Part shown: piece by piece, positions 26,764 through 39,429 of the stretch
How the letters are laid out: each line of letters opens with the position of its first letter
Position numbering within the stretch: position 1 is the stretch's first letter
Source of the DNA: Azolla caroliniana
Lineage: Eukaryota > Plantae > Polypodiophyta
Assembly (NCBI GenBank): GCA_043228905.1
Contig: JBHGNT010000007.1
Coordinates: 8,990,001-9,054,000, forward strand
Reading direction: 5' to 3'
Length of the DNA stretch: 64,000 nt
Notes under the pieces: generated by a model
What the model was told of the DNA's origin: nothing
Database searches by the model: none
What the model saw: only the letters and a program-made list of their open reading frames with translations
Made by a program: the position numbers and the translations under genes

Positions 26764-27930
26764 GTTCTCCAGCTGATCCAGACATTCCGATTTCTTCAGT
26801 CGTTCTAAAATCGAATTCTTCACCCGATTCAGCTCCTTGGAAATCTCTCCCTTTCTCGCCTTTTCTTTGGCTTTCACTTCTCCCCATCAAGTTCGGCAAG
26901 TCGAGATGTTGTAGATCAAGCATAGTCAAAAATTGCCACAACTTGTCTAGGCCCAGAGACTTGGTGAAGATATCAGCAACCTACCGATCAATCAGAACAT
27001 ACATGAGTTCCACTTGAGAGAACACACTCACAAACAAAATGATAGTGCACCTTAATGTGCTTCGTACGGGCGTGGAAGATGGGGTTCTTTGCTAGTTGGA
27101 TGTTGTTGAGGTTGTCATAGTATATGACTATCAATTTAGACACCTCCATATGCCGATCCTTTAAGAGCCTTTTTAGCCATATGACTTATCATGTTGCGAC
27201 AACCACTCCTCGATACTCGGCCTCGGTGCTCGATAGTGCAATTGTCAGCTGCTTCTTACTACTCCAGGCGATTGCGACGCTTCCAAGTGAAAACGTGAAA
27301 CCATATGTTGACTTTCGATCACCGGCATTTCTGGCCCAAACGGCATCCGTGTAGTTGACCAACTGTTCACCAACACCAGTCTCATACAACAACGCTCTAT
27401 CCTTCGTGCTGCTCACATATCACAAGATTTGATGCGCACACTAAAGGTGTTCGGTCTTCGGCTACGACATAAACTGACTGATCAGTCTGACCGGATAGTT
27501 GAGATCCGGACAGGTGATGGTTAGGTAGATAAGGATTCCAACAATCTGTCAGAACCGTGTTGGGTCGCATGCCTTTCCCGATCCTTGGCAAAGCTTCACA
27601 TTTCTATCGAGAGGAGTCGCAACGGATTTGCAATCCGTCATTCCAAACATGAAGAGCATACTCAACACATAATGTTGTTGGTTGATCAGTATGCCTTGGG
27701 AGGTGTGGATCACTTCAATCCCAAGGAAGTAATGAAGATCCCATGGATCCTTCATGTTGAATGATGCGGCTAGCTGGGACTTGACTTGGCCGATTTCATC
27801 TAGGTCGGCACCAACGATGACTAGATCATCTACATAAAGTAATATGCTTACCAACCCATGTCGACCTGTCCGGATGAATAGTGAGGAGTCTGACTTCGAT
27901 GGAGGAAACCCCATCCGACACAACCGTTGT
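26764..27930 (-). pseudogene. Old host copia, RT/RNase H segment
   Basis: LLYVDDLVI and WSSKKQ motifs. Reading continues at 42552 (KITQ/RLCRMGF) across the insertion. Confidence 0.85.
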
Positions 27931-28573
27931 TGTTACTCTTTGGCTGAACTTGCCTCTAACACAAGGTGTCCCTTCAGAACACTTCACCAAAGGGTGGTTA
28001 CGGTAAGGGATTCAACACTAACAACCATAATCGGTTATCTTCCGGTTCGGTATCCGGATTCACAACACACATCAATTACACATGTAAGATCCATACATTG
28101 AGCGCATAACGGAATAGGAACATAAAGATCCACAAGATACAATAACAAAACTTTCTTATATTAATATTCCGTCTTCTAAATACATCGATACCCGAATCCT
28201 TTGATAGGCATCCAGTTCTGTGTTACAAAACGGTGCCTAACCAGCAACGGACTACGAATCGGTCCGGATCCGGATCAACATACCTATTCCGGATCCGTCC
28301 ATTCCTATAACTAATAATATTATTATATATCCGGAAACCAACTCGCCCCTTCCTCATTATATACTTGGCCACCAATGGCCAACACATGGCACGCCCATGG
28401 GACAATACGTTGTACGGTACGGTGAACCCACATGTTAGCTCCACTACTCCTCATCAAGTATGTCTAAAATACTCTTGTCAGGGGTTCGAGGGGTTCCGCA
28501 CTTTGTTGTGCCCGCTCCAGCTCCTACTGGTCCTGCTGGTCCTTTCCATTTCTGTCATTTTCGTCTTCTCCGG

Positions 28574-29439
28574 TGTTGCAAAGTTTCGCGTGCGTGTGTC
28601 GCTCGAACGGCAGCACTGGGGCCTTGGCCCGGGGAGACAAAAGTAGTGAGGAAGTGGGAGATTAAGACAAACACATGGGGAAATATATATAAGGTTTGAT
28701 ATAAATTAGGGTTTTTGTTTTTATGTTTTACAATTGCTAGGCTTGACACCACATTTCGGTGGTTTTTACAATAATCGATTATAAATCAACCAACGGCTAA
28801 AATAAACTAGCGAAGGTGAGTCTAGTGGGCTTCGAGCTCGACTACTTCCGACAGCTATGTTGCCTAGATTCGGCGTAGCCCTCGTGCCACTACAACCTCC
28901 CTTCCACAACCAGCCACCGAGTTGGCTACCACCGAGATGCCGAAGAAGCCATTGTGGAAGGAATACAAGCCCTAAACTCTCTTGACTAAGAAGTAGAATA
29001 GGATCTAGACTCATAAACCATAAAAACCTAAGTCCTCTAGTATGTTGAGGAGAAAAGAAGAAGTTGTCAAACCCTAACCCTAGAAGGAAACGATGAAAGA
29101 GAAAGTGATAAGGAGAAAGGGAGGCTACAAAACCCTAACCCCAGAAGAAGAGGAGAAGAAGATGAAACCCTAGTGGTACACCCCTACGCCAAAATGGGCG
29201 ACCCCCAAATAAGCCTTATCCCTCCTCTCGTAGAGAGTAAAGAGGAGCTTATTTTAACATTACATGCTTTTATTTATTTATTTCCTTTATCACAAAAAAG
29301 GAAGGGGAGCAAAATATTCTTTGATTTGTAGAAGAGAGACTCAAACTCTACACCTCTCTACATATACTTATAAGTCGTAACCATTAAGCTACTACAAGTT
29401 GCTTATTATTATTATTATATTTATTTATACATTATTTCA
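28574..29439 (-). repeat. LTR-like repeat, copy 1 (copy 2 is 30397-30418 plus 40848-41754)
   Basis: TG...CA ends, about 860-930 bp aligned copies, minus-strand TATA. No PBS, PPT or TSD found. Confidence 0.65.
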
Positions 29440-29499
29440 TGAAATGTCGTGGTGTGGCGTGTGCAGTGTGAGAAGAGCATGTGATTGATTTGACAAACG

Positions 29500-30396
29500 T
29501 AGTCGATGGCTAGATTTCGACATGGCGGGCTTGGTAGTCCAAAGAAGGAAGGCTCCAATAGCAACTGAGATGACAAAGCAAAGTGAGCCGACCAAAAGAG
29601 CGATGGAGATTTCTATGATTGAAGAGTTGGCACGAAAATTCGAAGTTGTTTCGTTAGCTAATATGAGTCGTAGAGGGCTGAAGGGAAAGACCCATATAGA
29701 TGTGTATGGTGTGATAGTGTTGATCATGCAAGGAAAGATTGTGCTAGCCTTCAAGAGGCAATTCGACAAAACCTCGTCTACATGGAAGGCAACATTATAC
29801 ACTCAAGTGAGACTTGAAAGCCCTTGCAAGTGAATTTTGGTAGGGGGGGTCTAAAGAAAATCATGGATGAGGCCGATGCAAGCCATGTCGAAGCTATACA
29901 CTATGCCGCATCCGCCGGTATAACAATCAGGAAGGAGAAGCTTGGAATGATTAAACTAGGAATAGGGTTTTGGCCGACCGTCCTTGAATACGAAAAAAAA
30001 AGGAAGATTAAATCAGATGATGCAAAGCTAGCCTACCTTCATGTACGAGACCTTACCGGGTGGGCAGATCTGGTTGATAACAACACGATCTCCGTAGAGG
30101 TCATATGCGAAACCCACGAAGTGTTTGTGGATGAGAAGTGGAAGAGGATGGATCTAGATGAAGGCCCTTCTAAGAAACATGACACAAGAAGCTTTAAAAA
30201 GAAGGAAGAGATTATCAAGACCACATGTCAAGAAGATGGAAGCTCAAACAAGAGAGCCGAGGAACTGACTCAACCCATTGAAGAGAATGCCAAGAAGGGG
30301 AAGGATAGATCAACGCCAACATACAAATTAAGGTCACATATGGAACAAACAACTAACTTAAGGAAGGTTCTTGAAGAAAGAGTGCTTGATAACCTA
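29500..30396 (+). pseudogene. Gypsy gag fragment of the Trp-primed family
   Basis: QVNFGRGGLKKIMDEA...HVEAIHY and TTNLRKVLEERVLD match the gags at 49243, 51315 and 57947. Confidence 0.8.
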
Positions 30397-31183
30397 TGTC
30401 GCTAAGTTTCGCGTACGTTGTCATGAAGAATTTCGGCTAAAGGCGGAAACCGGGAAATATTGGCTACATCGGCGGGGTGCAGCGTGTGTACGCACCCATG
30501 TACATTTAGTGTGAATATCGAGGGCACCTTTATGGCGCCGAAGAGAGTCAAGTCGGGGCAGACGATCCCATGTAAGGCGGGATTTGTCCCACATTGTAAC
30601 GCATCCCTCTCCTTATACTATAAAAGGAAGGGATCAACCTTTGGAAAGGGGTTGCCCATTTTGCAATAGAGGGTATACCGTTAGGTTTAGAGTTAGGTTC
30701 TTCTTCTTCTCCTTCTTCGTGTTTCTCTTAGGGTTTGCTTTGGTTCGGCCTCCTGTGCAAGACCCCGCTCGGCGCGATGAGCCTAGAGCTCCCCGACGGC
30801 GGCTTGGCAGCAGACGACTACTGTAACCTACCTCAGTCCGGCTCGAAGCCGGGGATGTATTCTTCTGTTTATACATATATATATTTGCGTCTGTCTGTGT
30901 ATATTCGCGTCCATGTTCGTGTCGGGTGTTTCCCCTTTCCTGCGTTTCCTGTACATGAGGGCGCGAGGCGGGTCAGCATGTGTGTGTGTGCGTGAGTCGG
31001 TGTTAAGTGCTCTCTCCCTCTCTCCCTCTCTCCCCTCGGTTGCTTCCGGTGTGCTTCTGAAGCCCGACTTCCTACGCTCCAACACTCCCTAGTCCAAGAC
31101 CCCCGTGGTCCCGCCCTTCTACACGCACGCGCGTAATAACGTGACATCTTTGGTGAACCCGACGTGAAGGGCGGCAAGGGAGC

Positions 31184-32626
31184 ATGGAGATGGAAGAAGA
31201 ATTCGACTTTGCGGAGATAGTGGTCGAAGTGGTGTTGGAGTCAGCACGAGTGGCGATGAGGCGAGAAGCGGCGCAACAGGCGGTTGAGCGAGTGGTCGAA
31301 AGAGTCGGCCGTTTCAACGGGGACAAGGTCCCATCTTACTTGGAAGCCTACAACGCAGAAATGGAGGAGCGTGGCATAGACGAGGCGTTGAGGCTGGAGT
31401 TCTTCTGTCGGGTCGTGGCTGTCCGGATGCATGCGAAAATAAAGGAGCTCTGTGAGGCTCATAGTTCGTGGGAGGCCTTCGAAGAGGCGCTCCTGAAGGC
31501 ATACAGAGGACGGCGGAAGAGCCGGGGACGGCACGACTTCGACCAGTGGGTAGCATCGGCAAAGGCCCACGGAAGTGCGACGAAGGCGTTCCGGGAGTTC
31601 GAGCGACGACTTGCTCGGCTCCGAGAGCGGGAACAAGGTTTGGTGGGGGCGGACAAAGTCCTTTTGTTTGTCAGGTCGATCGACCGAGCGGAACGGGAAG
31701 CCATCGGGATTGAGCTCGAAGATGATGATGGAGCGAATGGGCTTACGGAGGACTGGGCGAAGGTCGGAAGGGTGTGCCAACGGCTAGACAACGAGCGAGC
31801 CGAGAAGGCTAAGAGGAAGGTACGCGACGGCATGCCATCACAGCGGGAAGAGGCCGAACGGCAAAGAGAGTCGGCAAGGGTCGGCGTTGGGGCCAGGATT
31901 GCGGAGGCGTACGCAGCGCTCAAAGCGATGCTCGAGGAAGAGGGAGGATCGAGGCCAGAAGCTGAGACTGAGGAAACGGACTTGCCCCACGCAACGGCAG
32001 AAGATTGGTACGACGGTATCACGGGAGAGGGTGCGGAACAAAACGCCCTCTCGGCTTGCGGAGATAGAACGGCCAAGGACGAGGCCGAGATACAGATCGC
32101 GGAACCGGAACGATGGGACCAGCGGTCTCGGACGTGTCAGCCTGAGATCCCGGTCATTGGAGAAGCAAGCCCAGACGGGGCTTGCGCGATCGGTAAGAAG
32201 ACGACCGCCGACCACGAAGAGTCGGTGGCTACGGACAAGGGCGCAAAATGGACGGGCGATTCTTTGTGTCTTCCCACACTTGCTCCAGAGACGATGGCAG
32301 TCGGGCCCGAGTGCCCACGTGAGTCCCAAGCGGAGGAAGGCGGCGGCGAAAGGGCGAGAATCACCGGCGAGACGATACGGGGAAGGAGCAGACGAAAGCC
32401 CACGGACCCGATTCCGGAGAACTCGGCAATTGGGCCCGTATGCCCATGTAAGACCGAGGAGATGGATTGCGGTACCGAGGAGTCCTGGCACGATGCCAGC
32501 GAAGACGGATGGGAAACGGCCTACGAGGAGGCCGTGGACGGACACGGCACGAGGGGATCAGCATTCCGATACGGGTGGAGCGTGATCCGGTCGTGGATCG
32601 TTCGATCGGGGCCGGACTCGGCATGA
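31184..32626 (+). CDS. gag: Gag N-terminal domain with a low-complexity acidic tail (480 aa)
   Basis: GRFNGDKVPSYLEAYNAEM...DKVLLFVRSID...GLTEDW aligns with the gags at 49243 and 51315. Confidence 0.8.
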   Translation: MEMEEEFDFAEIVVEVVLESARVAMRREAAQQAVERVVERVGRFNGDKVPSYLEAYNAEMEERGIDEALRLEFFCRVVAVRMHAKIKELCEAHSSWEAFEEALLKAYRGRRKSRGRHDFDQWVASAKAHGSATKAFREFERRLARLREREQGLVGADKVLLFVRSIDRAEREAIGIELEDDDGANGLTEDWAKVGRVCQRLDNERAEKAKRKVRDGMPSQREEAERQRESARVGVGARIAEAYAALKAMLEEEGGSRPEAETEETDLPHATAEDWYDGITGEGAEQNALSACGDRTAKDEAEIQIAEPERWDQRSRTCQPEIPVIGEASPDGACAIGKKTTADHEESVATDKGAKWTGDSLCLPTLAPETMAVGPECPRESQAEEGGGERARITGETIRGRSRRKPTDPIPENSAIGPVCPCKTEEMDCGTEESWHDASEDGWETAYEEAVDGHGTRGSAFRYGWSVIRSWIVRSGPDSA

Positions 32627-33015
32627 AAGTGCCGATACAGAAGGGGGTGCGGGACGAGCTGCCCTCTTTTACATGGGGAGAAAGACCGACCGGGCGAAGG
32701 TCGAGGTTTGGAAAGAGAATGAAAGCCGGTCCTATGGGATTCCTTACACTGATCCGGCTGCAGGCCCGAGTGCCGGCGTGAGTCCTATAAGAGAGATCGG
32801 TGGCGACAGGAGAACGGGACTCGGCAACCCGGAGAAGGACGAACGGACCCGGACGAGAACCGGGCGTAGCGGACTCCTGGATGACCATTCCGGGAGGGAG
32901 GAAGAGAGCAAGCCTACGAAGAGGCCGAGGACACGGTACGTCGGTACCACGGGAGAGGGTGCGGAGTAAACCGCCCTCTCGGCATGCGGAAAAGGACGAC
33001 CTGGGACAGGGTCAG

Positions 33016-33255
33016 CAAGGGCTACGGATGGAACGCCTATGGAGGATCCTTCACACTGGATCTAGAGACTTCGGCAGTCGGCAACACGGTCGATGTAAGA
33101 CCAAGATACTGACGGTGGCGGCGAGGTGACGAAGGCAAGGGCTACGGATGGGATGCCTACAGAGGATCCTTCACACCGGATCTAGAGACTTCGGCAGTCG
33201 GCAACGCGGTCGACGTAAGACCAAGATACTGACGGTGGCGGCGAGGTGACGAAGG
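33016..33255. repeat. About 120-bp tandem duplication within an internal multi-copy module
   Basis: gcaagggctacggatgg...gacggtggcggcgaggtgacgaagg x2. Related ggatcc(t)tcacacc-like motifs at about 32735, 33285, 33472, 33832 and 39662. Confidence 0.85.
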
Positions 33256-33960
33256 CTATGGGCGTAAGGAAGTCCGGTCCTACGGGATCCCCACACCGGT
33301 TCCGGAGACTCCGGCTGTTCTGCCATCGTGGCAACGTAAGACCGAGAGGGACAGGACGGTGGCGGCGGGAAACAGGACCCGGCTACGCGGAAGACATGAG
33401 GAGAGTCCGGGAGGGACTAAAACAAAAGAAACCCGAATTTCGGCAAGCATAGAAACGGAGTCCGGTCCTATGGGACCCTCACACCGATCCGGAGGCTCCG
33501 GCAGTTCGGCCAACGTGGCAACGTGAGACCGAGGGAGAAGGACGGTGGCGGCAGGGAACGGGACCCGACGACACGAGGTTTCGGAAGGAGCCGGTAAGGG
33601 CAAACATGAAGAGGTGTGTCAGGCTGGAAAGGCACACCTTGGACAGAACAAGAGTCTCGCAAGTGGCCATCGCGGGCCGGATCGAAGCGTGACTACGGGA
33701 CGGTGTTCGGCACGGGCGGTGCCAAACAAAGGAAGCGGAAGACGGCACAAGGGAGGTGCCGGGAACGACGTGACAGGTGCCTAGTGGACTGCACAGGGTC
33801 GGAGTCAGGGGATGGCAAGAGAGGCCGAAGGAGGATCCTCCACACTCGCTTCGTAGATCCCGGTAGCTTCGTCGAAGTAGCGAAGACTGACACGGCAAGC
33901 CAGGATGAGAAGTTGGTGGGGGCGAGGGGACGACAGCAAGCGAAAGACCCAGGACCTATT

Positions 33961-34045
33961 TGTTGGAGACAAAGTCGTCTGTGCGGAAGATCAAGAAGCA
34001 TTCGATTGCTGTTGAGTACCTGCGTATGACAGTTTGTAGGTCGTT

Positions 34046-34084
<39 letters not shown>

Positions 34085-37000
34085 CACAAAAGACTTTCTT
34101 ATTCCATAAAGCAATAATACAACACCCAACCTTACAAAAAGGTTACAAGGTCACTATATATAGTGACCGACTTAGGGCAACTACCCTTTATGCTAATTAC
34201 ATAAATGGCCAAAACGGGATAGTGTGAATACGTCCATTATACACATGTATTCGACACTCCCCCGTAATGGGCGTATACATGGGTTATCTAAGATTACAGG
34301 TATAGACTTAGGTTCTCGGACATATCAACTTTGTTCGAGTCGGCAGGGTCCGAAGGCAGAAGACCGAACTGGTCGGGTCGGAACAGTTGAAGCCGATCAT
34401 TAAGGAACTGATGTCGGTTGTCGGGAACCATCCTGTTCTGTGTCCGGCTCTAACCGGACTGGTTTGTCGTTATGCCCATCTGATGCCGAAGAGACCGAAA
34501 ACGGTCTGCCGAAAGACATTTGGTCATTCCATCTGCGACATTGTCGGTTGTGGATATTTTCTCTAGACCGATTTTCCCTGAAATGACGCAGTCCCGAACG
34601 AAGTGATATCGAACGTCGATATGTTTGGAGGCGTTGTGGTGAACCGGATTTTTCGACAAGGCAACAGCACCTTGACTGTCGCTGTAGACAACTGGAGCCG
34701 AGTCATGGTCGACTTGTCGAAACGTGTGCGCCAGCCGACCGAGCCACAAAGCTTCTTTTGTTGCGTCGGACGCAGCTACATATTCTGCTTCGGTCGTTGA
34801 GGTCGTTGTGCACTCCTGAAGTTTCGACTTCCACGAGATTGCTCCATTGCCGAATTTGAAGCAGTATCCGGTTGTAGATTTCCGACTGTCTATACAGCCG
34901 GCGAAGTCCGAGTCGGTGTAACCGACTACGCCTGAGGTTCGGTTCGGACAGAAAAGAATGCCGTGGTCTTTTGTGCCAGCCAGATATCTGAACACATGTT
35001 TGACTGCGTTCCAATGCGATCGGCCAGGATTGTGCATAAATCTGCTAACGACTCCTACGACGTGAGAAATATCAGGCCGTGTCGCGACCATCAGGTACAT
35101 AAGGGAGCCGACTGCCGGTGCATACGGTACCGACTTCATATCTTCCCCCTCCGGACCGGATGTCGGGCAGTCTCGCTGAGAGAGCCGAAGATTCATGGGG
35201 AGCGGGGTTGAAGCAGATTTGGCTTATTGCATGTTGAAGCGTTCTAAGACACGTCGGGTATAGTCGGTCTGAGACAAAAAAAGATGTCGTTTATCGCGAT
35301 GCCGACTAATCTTCATGCCAAGGATGTGTCGTGCCGGACCGAGGTCCTTCATGGCAAACTTCAACCGCAGTTGCCGAATGAGATCGGCAAGGTCGCCCGC
35401 GTGGCGTCCAGAAATTAGCATGCCGTCCACGTAAATGATGAGGAAGATGGGTGATCCATCTTGAGCTGTGTTGGTGAAGAGACAATGGTCCTCATCGCTT
35501 TTTGAGAAGCCGATCGATTGGATGAAGTCGTCGAACTTCTTGTACCATTGTCGCGGTGCCTGTTTGAGGCCGTATAGATTCTTCCTGAGTCGGCAGACTA
35601 GATGTTCTTGGCCAGTCGCCACGAAGCCTTTTGGCTGCTCCATATAAATTTCCTCGTCAAGATCACCATGGAGGAAGGCTGTTTTGACATCTAGCTGAAT
35701 CAGCTCCAAGTTGTCGGCTGCCACTACGCCGAGTAGGAAACGAAGGGTTGTCATTTTCACCACTGGTGAAAAAATCTCGTCGAAGTCGACACCATATTCT
35801 TGTCGGAAGCCCTTCGCAACTAATCTGGCCTTGTACTTTGGGGTGGTCGAATCAGACGTCTCTTTTAGTCGATAAACCCACTTGCAAGGAAGAGCACGTC
35901 GGTTCCTGGGTAATTCAACCAGATCCCAAGTCTTGTTTGCCCGAATGGAGTGCATTTCCGACTCCATCGCCAGATGCCAGGTGGCTGAATCGACAGATGT
36001 CGATGCTTCTTCGTAAGACGTCGGTTCGCCGGCGTCGGTGAAGAAAATTCCAGGAGAATACCTCTCCGGAGGTTGCGACAGTCTCTCGGATCGTCGAGGT
36101 AAGATTGGACTGGTCGCATCGGGTATCAAGGTCGGATGGTCCGAAAGCGGATTGTTCTGCTGTGCCGAGTCGGGGTTGTCCGAGTCGGTAGTGTAAGGTT
36201 CAGCTACCCGTGAAGCTGACCGTGTGTTGAGAGCGGGGCCTTCTTGAAGGGTCGGCACATCGGAAAATGTTACCCTTCGGACTTCGATCGGTTTTTCGAC
36301 TGATGGATTCATAGCCGACTCGTTGAACACAACGTCCAAACTTCGAACGATTTGTCTGCGTTCGGGGTCCCAGAGTCGGTATCCCATTTCGCCGTTGGAT
36401 CCATATCCAAGGAAAATGCATTTCCTGGACCGAGGTGCAAGTTTTCGGCGATCATCTTTCGGAATAAGGGCGTACGCCTCGCATCCGAAGATCCTCAGCT
36501 TGTCGTAATTCGGCTTACTGCCGATCCATAGTTCCTGAGGAATTTGAAGTCCTAGAGGTCTACTTGGCGACATATTGATTATGTGTACTGCCGTGAGTAG
36601 AGCCTCTGCCCAGAAGCCATCCGACAGTTCGGAGTGTTGGAGCATGGAAACTGTTCGTTCTTGGATTGTCCGATTCATGCGTTCGGCAATCCCGTTTTGC
36701 TCCGGACTGTGTGGTGCCGTAAATTCACGTCGGATGCCGCGTTGTCGGCAGAATTTGACGAATTCTTCGGATTTAAACTCTCCCCCATTGTCTGTCCGAA
36801 AGCATTTCAGCTTTCGGTCGGTTTGATTTTCCACCATAGCGAGCCAATTGGTGAAGATCGAGAAGACCCGATCTTTGGTGCGAATTGGATAAGCCCACAC
36901 CTTTCGAGTCGAATCGTCAATAAAAGTGACGAAGTAAGAGGCACCGCCAAGAGACTGATGCGGCATTGGGCCACAGACGTCCGAGTGGACCAAATCAAGA

Positions 37001-39216
37001 GGTCTCGTTTCTCTTGGTGCTGATGTCGGGTGTGATGCGGCTGCTTGTTTGCCATACTGGCAATGCTCGCAGAATTGATGGTCCGAGAAGGAGAGTTTGG
37101 GGATGTATCCGGCTCTAGATAGGTGCGTGATGCCGGCCTTGCTGAGGTGTCCTAATCTTCGGTGCCATAGTGATGACACAGGAATATCCACCAAAAACAG
37201 GTTACCCTCTCTGAGCGTAACATGTAACGGATACAGGGAGTGTATCTTGGGTCCTCTAGCAAGCAGGAGGTTCCCCCTGTGGAGTGTCCACCCTCCCGAA
37301 GAAAAACCGGCACGAATGCCGTCTTCATCTAGTTGTCCGACTGAGATCAATGGCCTTGAGAGCTCGGGTACATGTCGGACATTGTGGAGTACAAGTGTAG
37401 AGCCACCGGCAAGGTTGAGCTCTACTGTGCCGATTCCGATGATGTCACAGTGTTGTGAGTTGCCGACTCGAACTGAGTCGGAGTGATGGATCGTATATTG
37501 CCGAAATTGGGATCGATGAGGAGTCACGTGAAATGACGCGCCCGAATCTAAGAGCCATGTGCTCGATTCTTCAGTCGTGAGTAGAACTTCTGATCCGACT
37601 GGATTTTCGATTGATAGTATATTTGGGTCGTCCGGTAGTACATCAGCTGAGAAGCTGACGTAATTGATCTCCTCATGCCGGCCACTCTTCTTGTTCTTGT
37701 TCTTGAGTGCGCGGCAGTCGGCTTTGATGTGTCCGGGTTTCTTGCAATAGTTGCAGATTCGGTTATCCCGTGACTGGCTCCGTCTTCGCTGATTGTTCGG
37801 CGGCCGTGAGGAATCTCTTCCTCGTATGTTCGATCGGTCTGTCGAACCTTGTACTACGTAAGCGTCGTCTGTTGAGTCTTTGGCGAAAGACTTTCTCCGA
37901 GCTGCTTCGGTCAGGATTGTGCTCGTGACTTCGGAGTATTTAACAGCCGTGGTTGACGCGTTGCACACGGTTGTGACGAAAGTTTCCCATGTTGAGGGAA
38001 GGCTGCTCATGAGTATCATTGCTCTGAGTTCATCCTCGATTGCCGTCCCCTATGACGAGATTTGGGAGCTTATGCTTTCGTACTCATTGAGGTGTGCTTG
38101 AACCGAATCGGATTCTTTCATCCGCAAGTTGTAGAGGCGCCGGATCAGAAACATCTTCGTTGCGGCGACCTTCTTTTCGTAAGTGTCCGACAGTGTTTTC
38201 CACAGTTCGAATGCTGTCGTACACGATTGCACCGTAAAGTATACCGATTCCGATAGGTGCATCCGAATCGTGGCGCGGACAATTCTGTCCAGCTTCTGCC
38301 ACTCAATTGGTTTGTATCCTTCTGGAGGTTCTTCATTTTCGATGGGATCGATTTGCCCCTTGACTATGAGATAGTCCTGCATTTGTTCCTTCCAGAAGTT
38401 GAAGTTCGATCCATCGAACTTTCGTAGACTCATTTCTGACGAGCCGGTTGTTGATGCCATCAAGTTCGGTTTTGGTTGACGAAGCTCGGTTCGGAGTTGA
38501 CTACGAACCTTGTTGGAGTGCAGCCAGTTGGCTCACCCGATATCGTTCTAGTCGGATTTGAACCCGAGTCGGTTCGGCTTCGGAACTTGCTCGAATTGGC
38601 TCCGGTAACTTGAGGGACAGAACCGACTGGTCTTCCCGAATGTTGCCGAGTCGGAGTGAGCCCGGTTCGCTTCGGATATATATGCCGAATACCGATTATT
38701 GAAACCGATTATCTGGACCGATTCTGCTTCGGGTGGCTGCAGCGACGAGAGAGACAGATCCAACTGATCCTCCTGAATGTCGATCAGCCGGATGAAGCGT
38801 GAATTGGGGTTGTTGTCTTGAGACCGATCTGCACCGAGTGGTTACAACGAGCGGCGAGCAGCGTTTAATGACCTTTTCGGATGCCGTTTAACCGAGTGGA
38901 GCGCGATCGTGTCAATGTTGCACAAGGGGATTTCACCTCGAGCGTTGCGATCACAAGGAACGGAGTACAACCGGCTGGCTTACTCCAAGCGAAGAGGATC
39001 TAACGCGAAGAGATGCAAGCCTCGTTTTTCTTCTTCTTCTCTCTTCTTCGAATGACGCAGGAAACCGAATGCTGAGACGACGGCCGACAGCGGATTGAAG
39101 GACCGACTACTGTGCAGGCTCAGATACCAGATGTTGGAGACAAAGTCGTCTGTGCGGAAGATCAAGAAGCATTCGATTGCTGTTGAGTACCTGCGTATGA
39201 CAGTTTGTAGGTCGTT

Positions 39217-39257
<41 letters not shown>

Positions 39258-39429
39258 CACAAAAGACTTTCTTATTCCATAAAGCAATAATACAACACCC
39301 AACCTTACAAAAAGGTTACAAGGTCACTATATATAGTGACCGACTTAGGGCAACTACCCTTTATGCTAATTACATAAATGGCCAAAACGGGATAGTGTGA
39401 ATACGTCCATTATACACATGTATTCGACA
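33961..39429 (-). mobile_element. Ty1/copia (Tnt1/Tork-like), very young but defective
   Basis: LTRs 33961-34256 and 39132-39429 appear identical except for (AG)n length. Perfect TSD ctatt. PBS tggtatctgagc at 39118-39129. PPT at 34257. Confidence 0.97.
34450..38463 (-). pseudogene. copia gag-pol in a single frame, with two nonsense codons and RT YVDG
   Basis: ORFs 38050-38463, 35224-38019 and 34450-35196 are in frame. CCHC knuckle, LDSGAS, VHSDVCGP, IIYVDGML and YTDSDFAG. Confidence 0.95.

Noticed and set aside
31241-33960. Many overlapping ORFs in GC-rich regions (also 39430-40200 and 58000-62400)
   Set aside because: Expected from low stop-codon frequency and antisense shadows of real ORFs.
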